NCBI GenBank assembly: GCA_951406725.2
Contig: OX597821.1
Span: 82,646,001-82,710,000 of the forward strand
Source of the DNA: Octopus vulgaris
Taxonomy: Eukaryota
Direction of reading: 5' to 3'
DNA: 64,000 bases
The stretch's first letter is position 1, and the number at the start of each line of letters is the position of its first letter. The notes under the pieces are model-generated. The model was not told where the DNA came from. It was given only the letters and a program-made list of their open reading frames with translations, and made no database searches. The position numbers were made by a program, and so were the translations under genes. Of this stretch, positions 27,774 through 39,590 are shown in pieces.

Positions 27774-27927
27774 CACTAGCAGAGCAGTGGTGGGGTCTGC
27801 CCCAGACAGCACTTTTAAAGAGGCACTGCTTTTAGGTCTGCTGTAGGCAATGTGTGTTTTTTGTGGGGCCCAGGGATGGCAAACAGAAGGTCCACCCCGG
27901 GCAGCACACACTCTAGCTATGCCAGTG
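27774..27927. mobile_element. GC-rich hAT-type MITE
   Basis: Perfect 8-bp TSD GGTGCAGG (27766-27773 and 27928-27935); decayed TIRs cactagcagagc / gctatgccagtg. Confidence 0.75.
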
Positions 27928-27959
27928 GGTGCAGGAGCCCCCAAATATAACATCCAATG

Positions 27960-28250
27960 TGCCTTGTGTGTAACATGATAGTAGTGGCCAGCAAAGCATA
28001 CTCTGCATTGAGTAACAATAATAGAGGTAGGTGGACTGTGTCAGTAAATCTCTTTGGTCTTGTGCTCATGTCAGGAGATGTTTTGAGCATTTTGGAGAAG
28101 CCTAGAGTACATTCCTCCAACATGATTTGAAGCTCCTTCAACATAATCCAGATTTCAGCTCCATAGAAAAGAATTCTCTCAACACGTGCACTAAAGAAAA
28201 GCAGCTCTGTTGACTTGAAAATATTTGACTACCAGATATTTTTGTCTCTG
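27960..28250 (-). mobile_element. Old RTE-clade LINE ORF fragment (post-RT region), with frameshift and stops
   Basis: FFSARVERILFYGAEIW...YSRLLQNAQNIS*HEHKTKEIY...FAGHY matches the RTE pattern LLYGxExW...LLRxxxNISW...FAGH. Confidence 0.75.
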
Positions 28251-30364
28251 AAACTCTTTAGAAACTACTAACTTGTTCTATTGATGGTGATGACAAAATT
28301 GCACAAATGAAATAAAAAATGCTTTACACAACCGAGAATGATTTGGGAAAATATTGATTTTATGTATCAGAAAGCTAACAAACAACTCTGAGGTCAACAT
28401 GAAACTGATCATTTTTTTTTTTTTTACAGACTCCACAGCCATCCATCTTTCAATTGATTAGTCTGACTTAAAGTAACTGATCCTTAACAAGTCATCAACT
28501 GGAACAAAAATATCAGCAGAGTCTCAATCTATAACGCTGCATTAACAACACTCTAATAAGTTCCGTTTGAAAGTGAGACTTGCATTTCTGTATGGAGTGT
28601 GATGAGTTTATGAAACACGATCTTGGCAAAATAACAAATTCAATGCATAATTTTGTCATAATTGACCACTTCGTAAAGGTAATTATCTGGTCTCTGCTCT
28701 GAATACATATTGACAAAATAATTTTGTAAAAAAAGCACCAAATTGACCTGGAATTGGAAGGGAAAATTGGGAGGCAGGAGAGAGACTAGGAAACAAGGTA
28801 GGGTTTATTATCAATTTTATTTTATTAAAATTTTTGCTTTAAAATCTTCAGATCTTAGAATGTTTTATATTTCATCTCTCTGCAGTAACAAATAATTTCA
28901 AAGCTTTCCAGTTTCATACTAAGCAATCAACTTGCAAAGTAGATGCCTCAACTTCTACAATTCTACAAGTTGCTTTGCACAAACATGAACCCACATAGAA
29001 CAGAAGAGGATTCTAAAATATGGCTAATTTACATTAAAACCAAAATAGCCAAGAAAGAGAAAGAGAGAAAGAAAAGAAAAAGAATAAACATGGAAGAAGC
29101 TAATTAGTTTATTTTTTTCTATTTTAACATTTATAAAATTATAAACATTAACATAATTATTTTTATAAATAACAATTTGAGAATGAAAACTGCAACAGTC
29201 CCAGTGGTGGATCAGTTGCTCTTTTACATATCAAATTGGTGTTCATGACCTCCAATATCATTTTACATTGAAAATCATTGCAATTCAATTCATTTTTTAA
29301 TTTAAGGAATGATTAAATTATAATTATATTGGAATCTGTTGTGAAAATGTTTTTTTATAAATAGAGTGAGAAGAGTTTCAGATAATTCTTGACTTTGCTT
29401 CTTCGTAGCTTTTAGAAAAATGGGTATTTTTTAATGTAATTTTCTACAAATGCCTTTTAGGTGTAGATTAAAATTATACTGGAATTCAATTGTGAAAAAA
29501 AAAATGTTGGGTGTGGATATTTCCCACACCTAGACTTTGTTTCCTCGTACATTTTGATGTTAAAAAAAAATTCTGTAAAAAGCACCCAGTACACTGTAAA
29601 GTAGTTGGCATTAGGAAAGATATCCAGCCTTAGAAATCTTGCCAAAACAGATGACAGGAGTCAGGTGCAGCCCTCTAGCTTGCCAATTCCTGTTAAATCT
29701 GTTCTATGATACAAATATTCTTATTTAAAATTGTGTCTATTTAAACTAAAATACTCCCTCATAATTTCATTAAAAGCTATCTTATGTTCCAAACAATACC
29801 CCAACAAAAAAGTTACGTTACTAAACCCTTCCAAACACCAAATTAATTTTTAAATCAATTAAAAGACATAGGTTATGTACTTCATGAGAAATATGTTTGC
29901 AAAAGGGTTAAAACCCCTAAGAAATAGTTAACATTTCTTCCCTAGGTGCAGGAATTAAACAGAGCATAGGTGACATAGAAATTCACTCATTTAACTAATT
30001 TGTCTGGCACACACAAATAAAATCAAACCACTTTTAATTACCTAAAGGTATAAGCCATAACTAGAAGATAAGGTCAAAGTTCATTCAGATCCTGGAGCAC
30101 AATTTCACCTCAAACTGAAATTATGGGTCAGTGAATCAGCTGAGTCCCAAATGCTATTAAGTTTGTTTCCAAAAGGCTATAAGTTAAAATGAAGAAGAGA
30201 AAGAGATAGAGTAGGGATTGTTGTTTGACAGAAGATAGTACTTTAATTAGATAATTATCCTGAAGCAAATATTGCCAAAACAACAATCCACCTATGTGAC
30301 ATTTAAATCTAAATAGGTTGCAATACTTCTTTGTATACACACATTGTAAAAAAAAAATGTGAGG

Positions 30365-30408
<44 letters not shown>

Positions 30409-31110
30409 TCTTCAAACTGAAATAAATTTTCTTTATCCATCAGTGTTACCTGAGTGCACATCAGAATGGATACAAAGCCAACACTAGTAAATATATTCTA
30501 AAGTTAAGCTTTAAATCTTTTAATTTTCTCTACCGCAGAAAGGAATAAAACTCAGTCATGACAAAAATGCACTATGGGAAAGAATTACTCGTCACATGAT
30601 TGATTCAATCAGAAAAGAGAATTAAAATTCTCTCGACAACCGTGTAGAAATGACCTAATTCTTAGGAAATTATATAGTAATTATTATTACTATAATTGGT
30701 TGGTGAATAAATAAAGACAAAATAGAGAAAACTATTTAATCTTGCTGGGGACAAGATAACCTTTCTATGGTTAGAGGCAAAATAAAATGAATCCAGTACA
30801 TTCAGCAAAGTAGTTTGCATTAGAAAAGGAATTCATGTCAACATATAGGACATATGAGTAAGATATGGTTCCTGACTTGTCTAGAAAGGCAATATTTCCA
30901 AGAAAGAACTAATGCACACTGTAAAAATTCAACTAACCGATGCTAATATGAAAAAGTTGGTGTAAAAATTATTGTTATTATTGTTGCTGTTATGGTTTAG
31001 TATCAAGGATATCTATGGTCAAGCATATCCAAGCATGAACATCACCTCTTTTATTTTTCAGACATATGATTCCTCATCTCAAAAATACAGAAAAAGAAAA
31101 AAATAAATAA

Positions 31111-31145
<35 letters not shown>

Positions 31146-31152
31146 TATATAC

Positions 31153-31472
31153 TGGCTCTCTTTCAGTTATGATGACAAGGGTTCCAGTTTGATCTAATCA
31201 ATGGAACAGCCTGCTCATGAAATTAATGTGGATGTGGCTGAGCACTCCACAGACACGCGTGCCCTTAATGTAGTTCTCTAGAAGATTCAGCATGATACAC
31301 GGTGTGACATGGCTGGCTCTTTGAAATACAGGTACTACTCCTTTTTGTCAGCTGAGTGGATTGGAGCAGCATGGAATAAAGGGTCTTGTACAAGGACACG
31401 ATGTGCCACTGGGAATTGAACTCATGAGCCCACAATCGTGAGCCGAATACCCTAACCACTAAGCCACATGCC
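31153..31472 (-). mobile_element. tRNA-headed SINE (family C-related, different 3' half)
   Basis: Minus strand GGCATGTGGCTTAGTGG (A box)...GAGTTCAATTCC (B box); partial related copy at ~2385-2545. Confidence 0.8.
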
Positions 31473-31473
31473 T

Positions 31474-31840
31474 ATCATCATCATCTTTTAACATCTACTT
31501 ACCATACTGGCATGAGTTGGACAGTCTGACTGAGGACTGGCAAGCCAGGTGGCAGCACCAGGCTCCAATCTGCTTTGGCAAGGTTTCTACAGCTGGATGC
31601 CCTTCCTAATGCCAACCACTCTGAGAGTATAGTAGGTTCTTATTACATGCCACTGGCATGGGGGCCAGTCAAGCAGCAATGGCAATGACCACACTCAGAT
31701 GGTGCTTTTTACATGCCACCAGCATGGGAGCCAGTCAGGCAGCAATGGCACTGACCATGTTTGAGTGGTGCCTTTTATGTTCCACCAGTACAGGAGCCAG
31801 TCAGGTGGCACTGCTATTGACCACACTCAGATGGTGCTTT
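31474..31840 (-). mobile_element. RTE LINE 3' UTR with internal ~57-bp tandem units
   Basis: (CAT)n tail at left; three units of atgccac..gcatggg.gccagtcagg. Confidence 0.8.
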
Positions 31841-32092
31841 TATATGTATGTGTGTGTGTATGTATATATATATATATGTAATGCGTGCATTTTTATGCCA
31901 AGTTATAATAAAAATAATTTAATATCAAACTGAAGAATTACTCAATATGTTTTGTAGAGTATATATCTATTATACTATTACAAGAAGAGGGGTGACAGTA
32001 ACTTTGAAGTTTCAGCCAGAAGGCTAGAGAAGACTGCACTGGTACAGTTATGTAATGCATATGAAGACAGTTGCATTAAGAGATACCATTTT

Positions 32093-32570
32093 CTAATTGT
32101 CGAGGGAGCATGTGGAAGGGGTAGTCAGTCCCAGGAAGACGTGGGATGAATTGGTGAAAAAGGATCTTCAGATGTTGAGCCTCACAGAGAGATGACAAGG
32201 GACCGAGCCTCCTGGCAGTTTGCTGTGCTTGAGCAGACACATCAAGCTAAGTAAAAGCTTGGTTGTCCTTGCATACAGGCATGTCCCCCACATCTCTCTC
32301 CAGCTGAGTGTTCCTAATGTTGTAGGCTTGTGGGTACTGATACCACCGTGTAAAAAACACCCATACCATTGTCATGGAAATGCACCCATGCCAGTGCTGC
32401 ATAAAAGTACACTCTGTAAACTGGTTGGCATTAGGAAGGGCATCCAGCCACAGGAACCATGTCAAAATAGACATGGAGCCTGGACAGTTTCTTCAGCTGG
32501 CTAGCTCCTGTTCAACAGTCCAACCCATGCCAGCATGGAAAATGGATGTTAAATGATGATGATGATGATG
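32093..32570 (+). mobile_element. RTE LINE 3' end (ORF C-terminus, 3' UTR and (GAT)n tail)
   Basis: Across frameshifts it reads IVEGACGRG-PRKTWDELVKKDLQML...MTRDRASW, the RTE GRPxxxW...DR..W terminus; this links the many ggaagggcatccag tails in the window to RTE. Confidence 0.85.
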
Positions 32571-32989
32571 AAAATGTTATACACACACATACTTTCAGTT
32601 TATTTTTTTCAATGAGAAAACTGAAAAACTGAAGCTCTTTGAATGAAGCCCTTGTAATATTGGTTTTGCAGTGAACTATAGAGACTTCCCTATTACTTTC
32701 ACTGTCAGAAAATGAAGTGAACCAAGGGACTGACCAGCAATGCTATCAATCACTAAAGGCAATATAAAAGAACTGAGCAATTCAATTGGGAAGATTAAAC
32801 CAAATATAAACCCCTACGGCTCAACACCTATTTTGGGAGAGTTTATAAAATAAACATCATTAAGATTCAACAGCAGTCACTCATACAATTTCTTTTTTTT
32901 AATCAGAGAACCAAAAGAAATATCTATAGGAGAAATGTTCATTTTACATTTATGTATTTGTTTTACAAGATCCCTGGTGTGTTGAAATA

Positions 32990-33350
32990 GATTTGTTATA
33001 TTTCAGGATGGTCTTTTTTTTTTTTTAGCCAAATAAACACATGCACTATATATTATTGTATTATTGTACAAAATATATTGTCCCTTGTTTGAAAATCTTT
33101 CGTCACACATCCTGTCACTTCTTCAGGGACACCATCCCACATCTCTCCTCCTGTTCTGTTTGGTCCAACAGAACAAGATGAGACACATGGGATGGAGAGT
33201 CACTGAAGAAGTGACAGGATGTGTGACAAAAGATTTTCAAACAAGGGACAATAAAATAAGAACAATGACAAATCTGAAGTGAAGAATGAGTATGTGATTA
33301 TCTGGCTAAAGCCAAAAACAAAGAAAATGACCATCCCAAAATAAAACAAT
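32990..33350. repeat. ~360-bp palindrome, probably Penelope-like-element derived
   Basis: Core 33076-33253 folds back around a 6-nt loop (33161-33166), with its outer 51 bp matching 50/51; outer arms are imperfect; 15-bp direct repeat aatgttcattttaca at 32934-32948 and 33348-33362. Confidence 0.9.
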
Positions 33351-33465
33351 GTTCATTTTACAATTTATTAAAAAACTGAGTAGAGGTGAGATATAAAGTC
33401 AACCAAAACAAGCAGAACATAACTAATACTTATTTTAATGACACTCAAAGCCAAACATGGCAGTA

Positions 33466-33633
33466 TATACATATATACGACAGGCTTCTTTCAGTTTCCG
33501 TCTACCAAATCCACTCACAAGGCATTGGTCGGCCCGGGGCTATAGCAGAAGACACTTGCCCAAGATGCCACACAGTGGGACTGAACCCAGAACCATGTGG
33601 TTGGTTAGCAAGCTACTTACCACACAGCCACTC
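33466..33633 (-). mobile_element. SINE family A, 5' half
   Basis: Near-identical to 10790-10953. Confidence 0.9.
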
Positions 33634-35862
33634 CACATAACTCCACATGTCAGCAATGTTCAGATGCTACATGAATATGTGCAATGTGGTTTAATCACTA
33701 TGTGCATATCAAACAATCCCACTTGGCAACATTTCCATGCCTGTAAAATTCTATCTTGAACTGGCAGTACTCCTCAATAGCACTATCAGGCCAAGGATTT
33801 CTCTAAGTTATCCATAGTAGTATTGGACCTGTAAGTCATCTAAAATGGATCAGCTAGTTCATTATTGCTCTTATCCACCACTAGCTTTCTACATAGTGCT
33901 AATGTAGAAATTCCATCAACCTCATTGTCCAACTATTAGAAGGCAGCCAGTGCCTGATGACATTCCAGGTAGGCATAAAGCCTGATATTTTGATGGGAGT
34001 GAGTGAGTTTATATCATTGAACCCAGTATTTGACTGGTACTTTATTTTATCAAGTCCTATATGGATCATTATCATCATCCAGTGTTTTGAATCCAGATTT
34101 TGTCCCCATTAACAGGGGTGGCCAGATCTACCTCAATGCCATACCAACTGAGGTAGGCAGGTGCAGCCTACCCCAACTTCTGGGCTGGCTAGTGCCCATT
34201 CTCTTTTGCTATCATGAGGCTTTTCTGGAGCTGGATGTTCTATGGGGAGCATGCCTTTGCTTACCTCCAGCCTCAGTTTCTAGACATGAGTGATCCAGCG
34301 ACCAAGGCCTCTACCACAATTTTTAAGAAATGTAGTGGAAAACTAGCTCATGAAGGCAAGGATGATAGGTAAAATTAACCTTTGCAGGAAGAAATACTCT
34401 AAGTACTTTTTTGTCTCACAATTCTGCCAAGTAATAGTAATAATAATAATAATAATAATGAACAATAATAGTAATAAATATGCAACTTTCATGTTTCTCT
34501 AATATAATAACATGATAAATTACACTCCATTGATTATTATTTGCATCGTTTGCATGTATGATGACAAGGAAACGTGCAAATTAAATATGTACATAATTTA
34601 TTCTGGCACATGCACTATAGCTCATCACTATGACCACTACCTCCACCAGGCCCACCTACATTGATTAAACAATAGTATACCACCCATTCATTTGAAAGCT
34701 GTGGTTGAATCCCCCACTCTCCCCGGCTTAGTGACCTGCTATCATCAGAACATGAAAGGGATTCATCACCTAGGGTCTAATTTCTTTTTTTTTTCTTTTT
34801 TTTTTTCCTTTTGGTTACTGTCTGTCTTTTTTGTCATTCAAACATCACATGCCACATAAGCAGTTGTGGGCTTAAACAGCAGCTGCTTTGAGAGCAGAGA
34901 GTGGAAATAGAGATTGGGGGAAAAGAGGAAAGAGATACCTTAATAGGAACTGGGGAGTCAGGATGGTGAGGATTAGTAACTAGAGCCAGTGTGTGTGTGA
35001 GAGAGAGAGAGAGAGAGGGTTTGAGGGTGATTTTGTGCATATAATACACATATATACTTCCATACTTTAAACCTAACATAAACTAAGATAACAAATACTA
35101 TGCATACAACTCTGGATAGGAAAATACATGTTACACATAATGTAGAATGTTGTATGAAATCTACCAATCTATATACAATATATACTTATTCTGTTGCATT
35201 TTCAAGATATTTCTGGATAATTAAACACATGTAATGATTTTTCCATTTTTTATTATTTTTCTTCTTTTCATACTCTCTTATGAAAACCCACAAAACTATA
35301 TGTAACCTTCCTCCGATGCCTCTGTGGAAAATAAAATAAAGCATCACCACCACTGCCAATAATAATAATTTCTTTTGTTAACCACAGGAACATAGATGAA
35401 GGGGACATCACATGGACAGACTACAATTTCAGTGGAGATTTACATAAAGGCTTCTGATGTAGGATAAACTCCAACTAGGGCCAATCAAGAAACCCCACTG
35501 ATCCAAGATTACTCTGTCTAAGGCATGAGCCCTCCCTCATGTTCTCCAAGTTATAGGCGAAAACTTAGAGTAAGGCCTTTCACTGTAGCCATGTTTGCCA
35601 CTATAATATATTTTATTGGCACATGGCTAAGTGGTTACAGCATTGGGCTTACAATCATGAGGATGTGAGCTTGATTCCCAGACCAGGCTGTGTTTTTGAG
35701 CAAGACACTTTATTTGACATTGCTCAAGTTTAATTAGTTGAAGAAATTAGCTGTGATGTCACTAGTACTAAGCTGTATCACCCTTTGCTTTTTTCTTGGA
35801 CAACATCAGTAGCATGGAGAGGGGAGACTGGTAAGCATGGATGACTGCTGGTCCTCCATAAC

Positions 35863-36491
35863 TGTTGTTACGTAATTTGTTACGTACAATAAATAAGACA
35901 ACCAGACAACAGTAAAATCAATGTAATGAACTAATAAATCTTTTTTGAACCAACAATCAATATTCCTTGTGAACTAACCAATCGACTTCACTTGACTCCA
36001 AACTCTGAACCACTCAGATCATTACTATTTATACTTTACTCGGACCAGTCTCTCCTCTGGGTTATAACTGAATTCATTAATCGAGTTTGAAACGCCATCT
36101 GGCGAAAATGAATCTAACTTATTTTTGGACTTCTTTGAATGTAGCTCCAATAACTGTTGTTGTTGTGGTTGTTGCAGTAATAGTTGCATCTGCAACTCCT
36201 GTTGCTACTCATGTTCTAGCTTCACTCAACCGTACTCTGAAAGCCAATAGGTCTTCCATTATTTAACAAGTTGTATCTCTTTCTTTCTCTTTTTACTTGT
36301 TTCAGTCATTTGACTGCGGCCACGCTGGAGCACCGCCTTTAGTCAAGCAACTCGACCCCGGGACTTATTCTTTTTGTAAGCCCAGTACTTATTCTATTGG
36401 TCTCTTTTTGCCGAACCGCTAAGTGACGGGGACGTAAACACACCACCATCGGTTGTCAAGCAATGCTAGGGGAACAAACACAGACCCACAA

Positions 36492-36540
<49 letters not shown>

Positions 36541-36964
36541 TATATATATATATATACACATACATATATACGACAGGCTTCTTTCAATTTCCGTCTACCA
36601 AATCCACTCACAAGGCATTGGTCGGCCCGGGGCTATAGCAGAAGACACTTGCCCAAGATGCCATGCAGTGGGACTGAACCCAGAACCATGTGGTTGGTTA
36701 GCAAGCTACTTACCACACAGCCACTCCTGCATAAACAAATTGTTAAATAACCTATGTGAGCTTCAAAAACTTCATCACCAGATGTTGTAACGTAATTCTG
36801 TTATGTACAATAAGATAACCAGGCAACAGTAGCAACAATGTAAAGAACTAACAAATCTCTTTACAAACTAGCAATCAATATTCCCTGTGAATTAACCAAC
36901 CAACACAAACTTCACTCAATTCCAAACCTTTCGAACTCACTCAGATCATCTATCTCTCATCACG
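35863..36964 (-). mobile_element. Internally deleted Gypsy-type LTR retrotransposon
   Basis: Direct repeats at ~35863-36025 and 36783-36964, both starting TGTTG on plus (ending CA on minus); 5-bp TSD ATAAC (35858-35862 and 36965-36969); PBS-like TGGTGATGAAG 2 nt inside the minus-strand 5' LTR; gag-like remnant MEDLL...QQQQLLE...SNSINEFSYNPEE. Confidence 0.8.
36277..36730 (-). mobile_element. SINE family A, young copy nested in the LTR element
   Basis: Near-identical to the other young family A copies. Confidence 0.95.
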
Positions 36965-37609
36965 ATAACCACCTTGCCCGGACTTGCACCTTGGAGGGGA
37001 ACTTTCTAGGTACAATCCCATAGTCATTCATAAGTGAAGGGGGTCTCCTCCCCTTACCCTTTATTTAAGGGCCCAAAGCATTGAAGGCAATATCAAAGGA
37101 CAAGATACAAAACACAAACAGGTGCAGTTTTCATTGTTCCAAAAAAGACACAGTAGCAACAAGGATATGACAAAAGGATATAGAAAAATAAATAATTGAT
37201 GATGATGATGGTGATAAACTTATTTTTATTTATTTTTTTTTACTTCCGAGTCTGAGAGGAGCAAGTGATTATGATGTTTATCAGCTTTTCGAGACCATGA
37301 GCTTAATGCTATTGGGGTCCCATTTCAACTATTGCAATTCAACACTTAGAGGAAACACATGACCCAAGAAGATTTCAGAGAGTGAGGGGAGAGTTCTCAG
37401 GAGGAGGCACAGAGCATAATGGTTAGTGTGTGGCTATGGTGGGGGTGGGTATTTGAGGGGTCCTAGATGAAGAAAGTACATAAAAGACTAATCAGCTTCA
37501 AGGAACAAATACCATTATATTAGCAATACAAAAAAAAAAAAGAAAAAAAAGAGAGGGGACAGAGAGTGAGAGACAGACAGCCAGCCAGACAAAGAGAGAG
37601 TAGATTGTA

Positions 37610-37832
37610 CAGCGCTGGGCCTGAAGCTGGAATAAGCCAAACAGCTGAGTGGCTCTTCTCAGGATGCAGCCCAGAACATCCATATGTATATCAGTAACAC
37701 CATCCCAGATGTGGAAACAGTACTCCAATATAGGTCTTACCTGAACTTTGTAGAGTGTTAGAAACTGTTGTGGAGTTGATTGGGGAAGGGCTGAAATAAT
37801 TTCTGGCTCTGAAGTGGAGCAAAAATATGCAT
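37610..37832 (-). mobile_element. CR1/L2/Jockey-group LINE ORF2 fragment
   Basis: LTLYKVQVRPILEYCFHIW...LGCILRRATQL matches the post-RT motif LYKxxVRPxLEY...W...IQRRA. Confidence 0.75.
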
Positions 37833-37836
37833 TGGA

Positions 37837-38254
37837 GGCGCAGGAGTGGCTGTGTGGTAAGTAGCTTGCTAACCAACCACATGGTTCCAGGTTCAGTCCC
37901 ACTGCGTGGCATCTTGGGCAAGTGTCTTCTGCTATAGCCCCGGGCCAACCAATGCCTTGTGAGTGGATTTGGTAGACGGAAACTGAAAGAAGCCTGTCGT
38001 ATATATGTATATATATATAAGTGTGTGTGTATATGTTTGTGTGTCTGTGTTTGTCCCCCTAGCATTGCTTGACAACCGATGCTGGTGTGTTTACGTCCCC
38101 ATCACTTAGCGGTTCGGCAAAAGAGACTGATAGAATAAGTACTGGGCTTACAAAGAATAAGTCCCGGGGTCGATTTGCTCGACTAAAGGCGGTGCTCCAG
38201 CATAGCCACAGTCAAATGACTGAAACAAGTAAAAGAGTAAAAGAGAGTAAAGAG
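37837..38254 (+). mobile_element. SINE family A, young full-length copy
   Basis: GGCGCAGGAGTGGCTGTGTGG head, GGTTCAGTCC B box, (GTAAAAGA)n tail. Confidence 0.95.
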
Positions 38255-38641
38255 TATTGTATTTACTGTCAATGAAGATGCTTCCAAAACATGCCAAAAT
38301 ATTTTAACACATTTTTTTAAGCAATAATTTTTGTCAACTACGTATCATCTTTTATCTTCCACTTATTTTAATCATTGGGTTGTGGCCATGCTTGGACACT
38401 GCCTTGAAGGATTTAGTCAAACAAATCGAGCCCAGTACTTATTCTTTAAGTTTGTTATTTACTCTACTGGTGTCGTTTGCCAAACCACTAAGTTACGGAG
38501 ATGTAAACAAACCAACACTTGTTACCAAGCAGTAGGAGAGAAGAACAAACACAAACACCTATTCACATATGCATGCATGCATGCATGCATACATATGTAC
38601 GTACATACATACATGTGTTATATATATATGTATTCTATATA

Positions 38642-38766
38642 CGAAGGGTGTATGAAAAGGTTTGAGGCTTCAAGGCCTTTGAGCCTTGATGTCTTGAACC
38701 TTCATCAGAAGTCTTGTACTATGTTTTGTGTTTTTGAGGCTCAACACTTTTCATACCCCCCCCTCG
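38642..38766. mobile_element. Mariner-type MITE inside the microsatellite of an old SINE A (38345-38932)
   Basis: TA-flanked; TIRs cgaagggtgtatgaaaaggtttgagg / gctcaacacttttcatacccccccctcg. Confidence 0.7.
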
Positions 38767-38935
38767 TATATGACAGGCTTCCAAATAGTCTGTCTACCAA
38801 ACTCACTCACAAAGCATTATCTGGTCCAAAGCTATAGTAGAAGACACTTGCCCGAGGTGCTGTACAGTGGGACTGAACCCCAAACCAAATGGTTGCAAAG
38901 TGAGTATTTTAATCACATAGCCGTGTCTGAGCCTA

Positions 38936-39590
38936 TCATCATCATCATTTAACATTTATTTTCTATGCTGACAAAGGTTTGACAGTTTGGTAAGTGTTGG
39001 TAAGCCAGGAGACAACACCAAGCTCTACTGACAGCTTTGAAATGATTACTATGGCTGGGTGCCCTTTCTAATGCCAACCACTTTACAGAGTGTACTGGAT
39101 GCCTTTTATATAGAGCCAGCACTGATGAGATCAATAAATAACTTGCAAGACCCCTCAACTGAGAGGAAGAGTAGTATTGAGGGAGGTGGCTTTGTGTCAG
39201 GTGATGAGAGGTTAGAGTAAGATAGAAGGGGTAGGAGAGAGAGAGAAGATGGTGAAGATGTGCCAGTGTACCCTCAAGGTATAAGGAGGGGAATGTGAGT
39301 GGGATGGTAGGGAGGATTGGACAGGGTGAGCAGGGAGTTCAGAAGAGTGCAAAAGGAGAATGGGAGAGAGTGGAGGAGAAGGGTATGCAACAAGTGGTAA
39401 ACATGGGCATATAGGGAATGGCTGGATAGCAATGATACAGCTCCGTAGAGAGGACAGGAGAGAGAGAGAGGACAAAGCAGCATTGGGCTGCAGAAGAAGA
39501 CAATTGAAGCCTGGGCAGTTTTCCAGTTGGCCAGCTTCTGTCAAATTGTCCAACCCATGCCAGCATGGAAAATGGATGTTAAATGATGAT
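38936..39590. mobile_element. RTE 3' UTR remnants in opposite orientations
   Basis: A minus copy starts at the (CAT)n at 38936; a plus tail ends gcatggaaaatggatgttaaatgatgat at 39590. Confidence 0.65.

Larger units (their letters stand above)
35618..37062 (+). mobile_element. SINE family C, split by an LTR element
   Basis: 35618-35862 and 36965-37062 join to match the intact copy at 57461-57775. Confidence 0.85.

Noticed and set aside
36049-36058. Polypurine tract for the LTR element (AGAGGAGAGA on minus)
   Set aside because: It is equally explained as the PEE codons of the gag remnant, so I did not count it as evidence.
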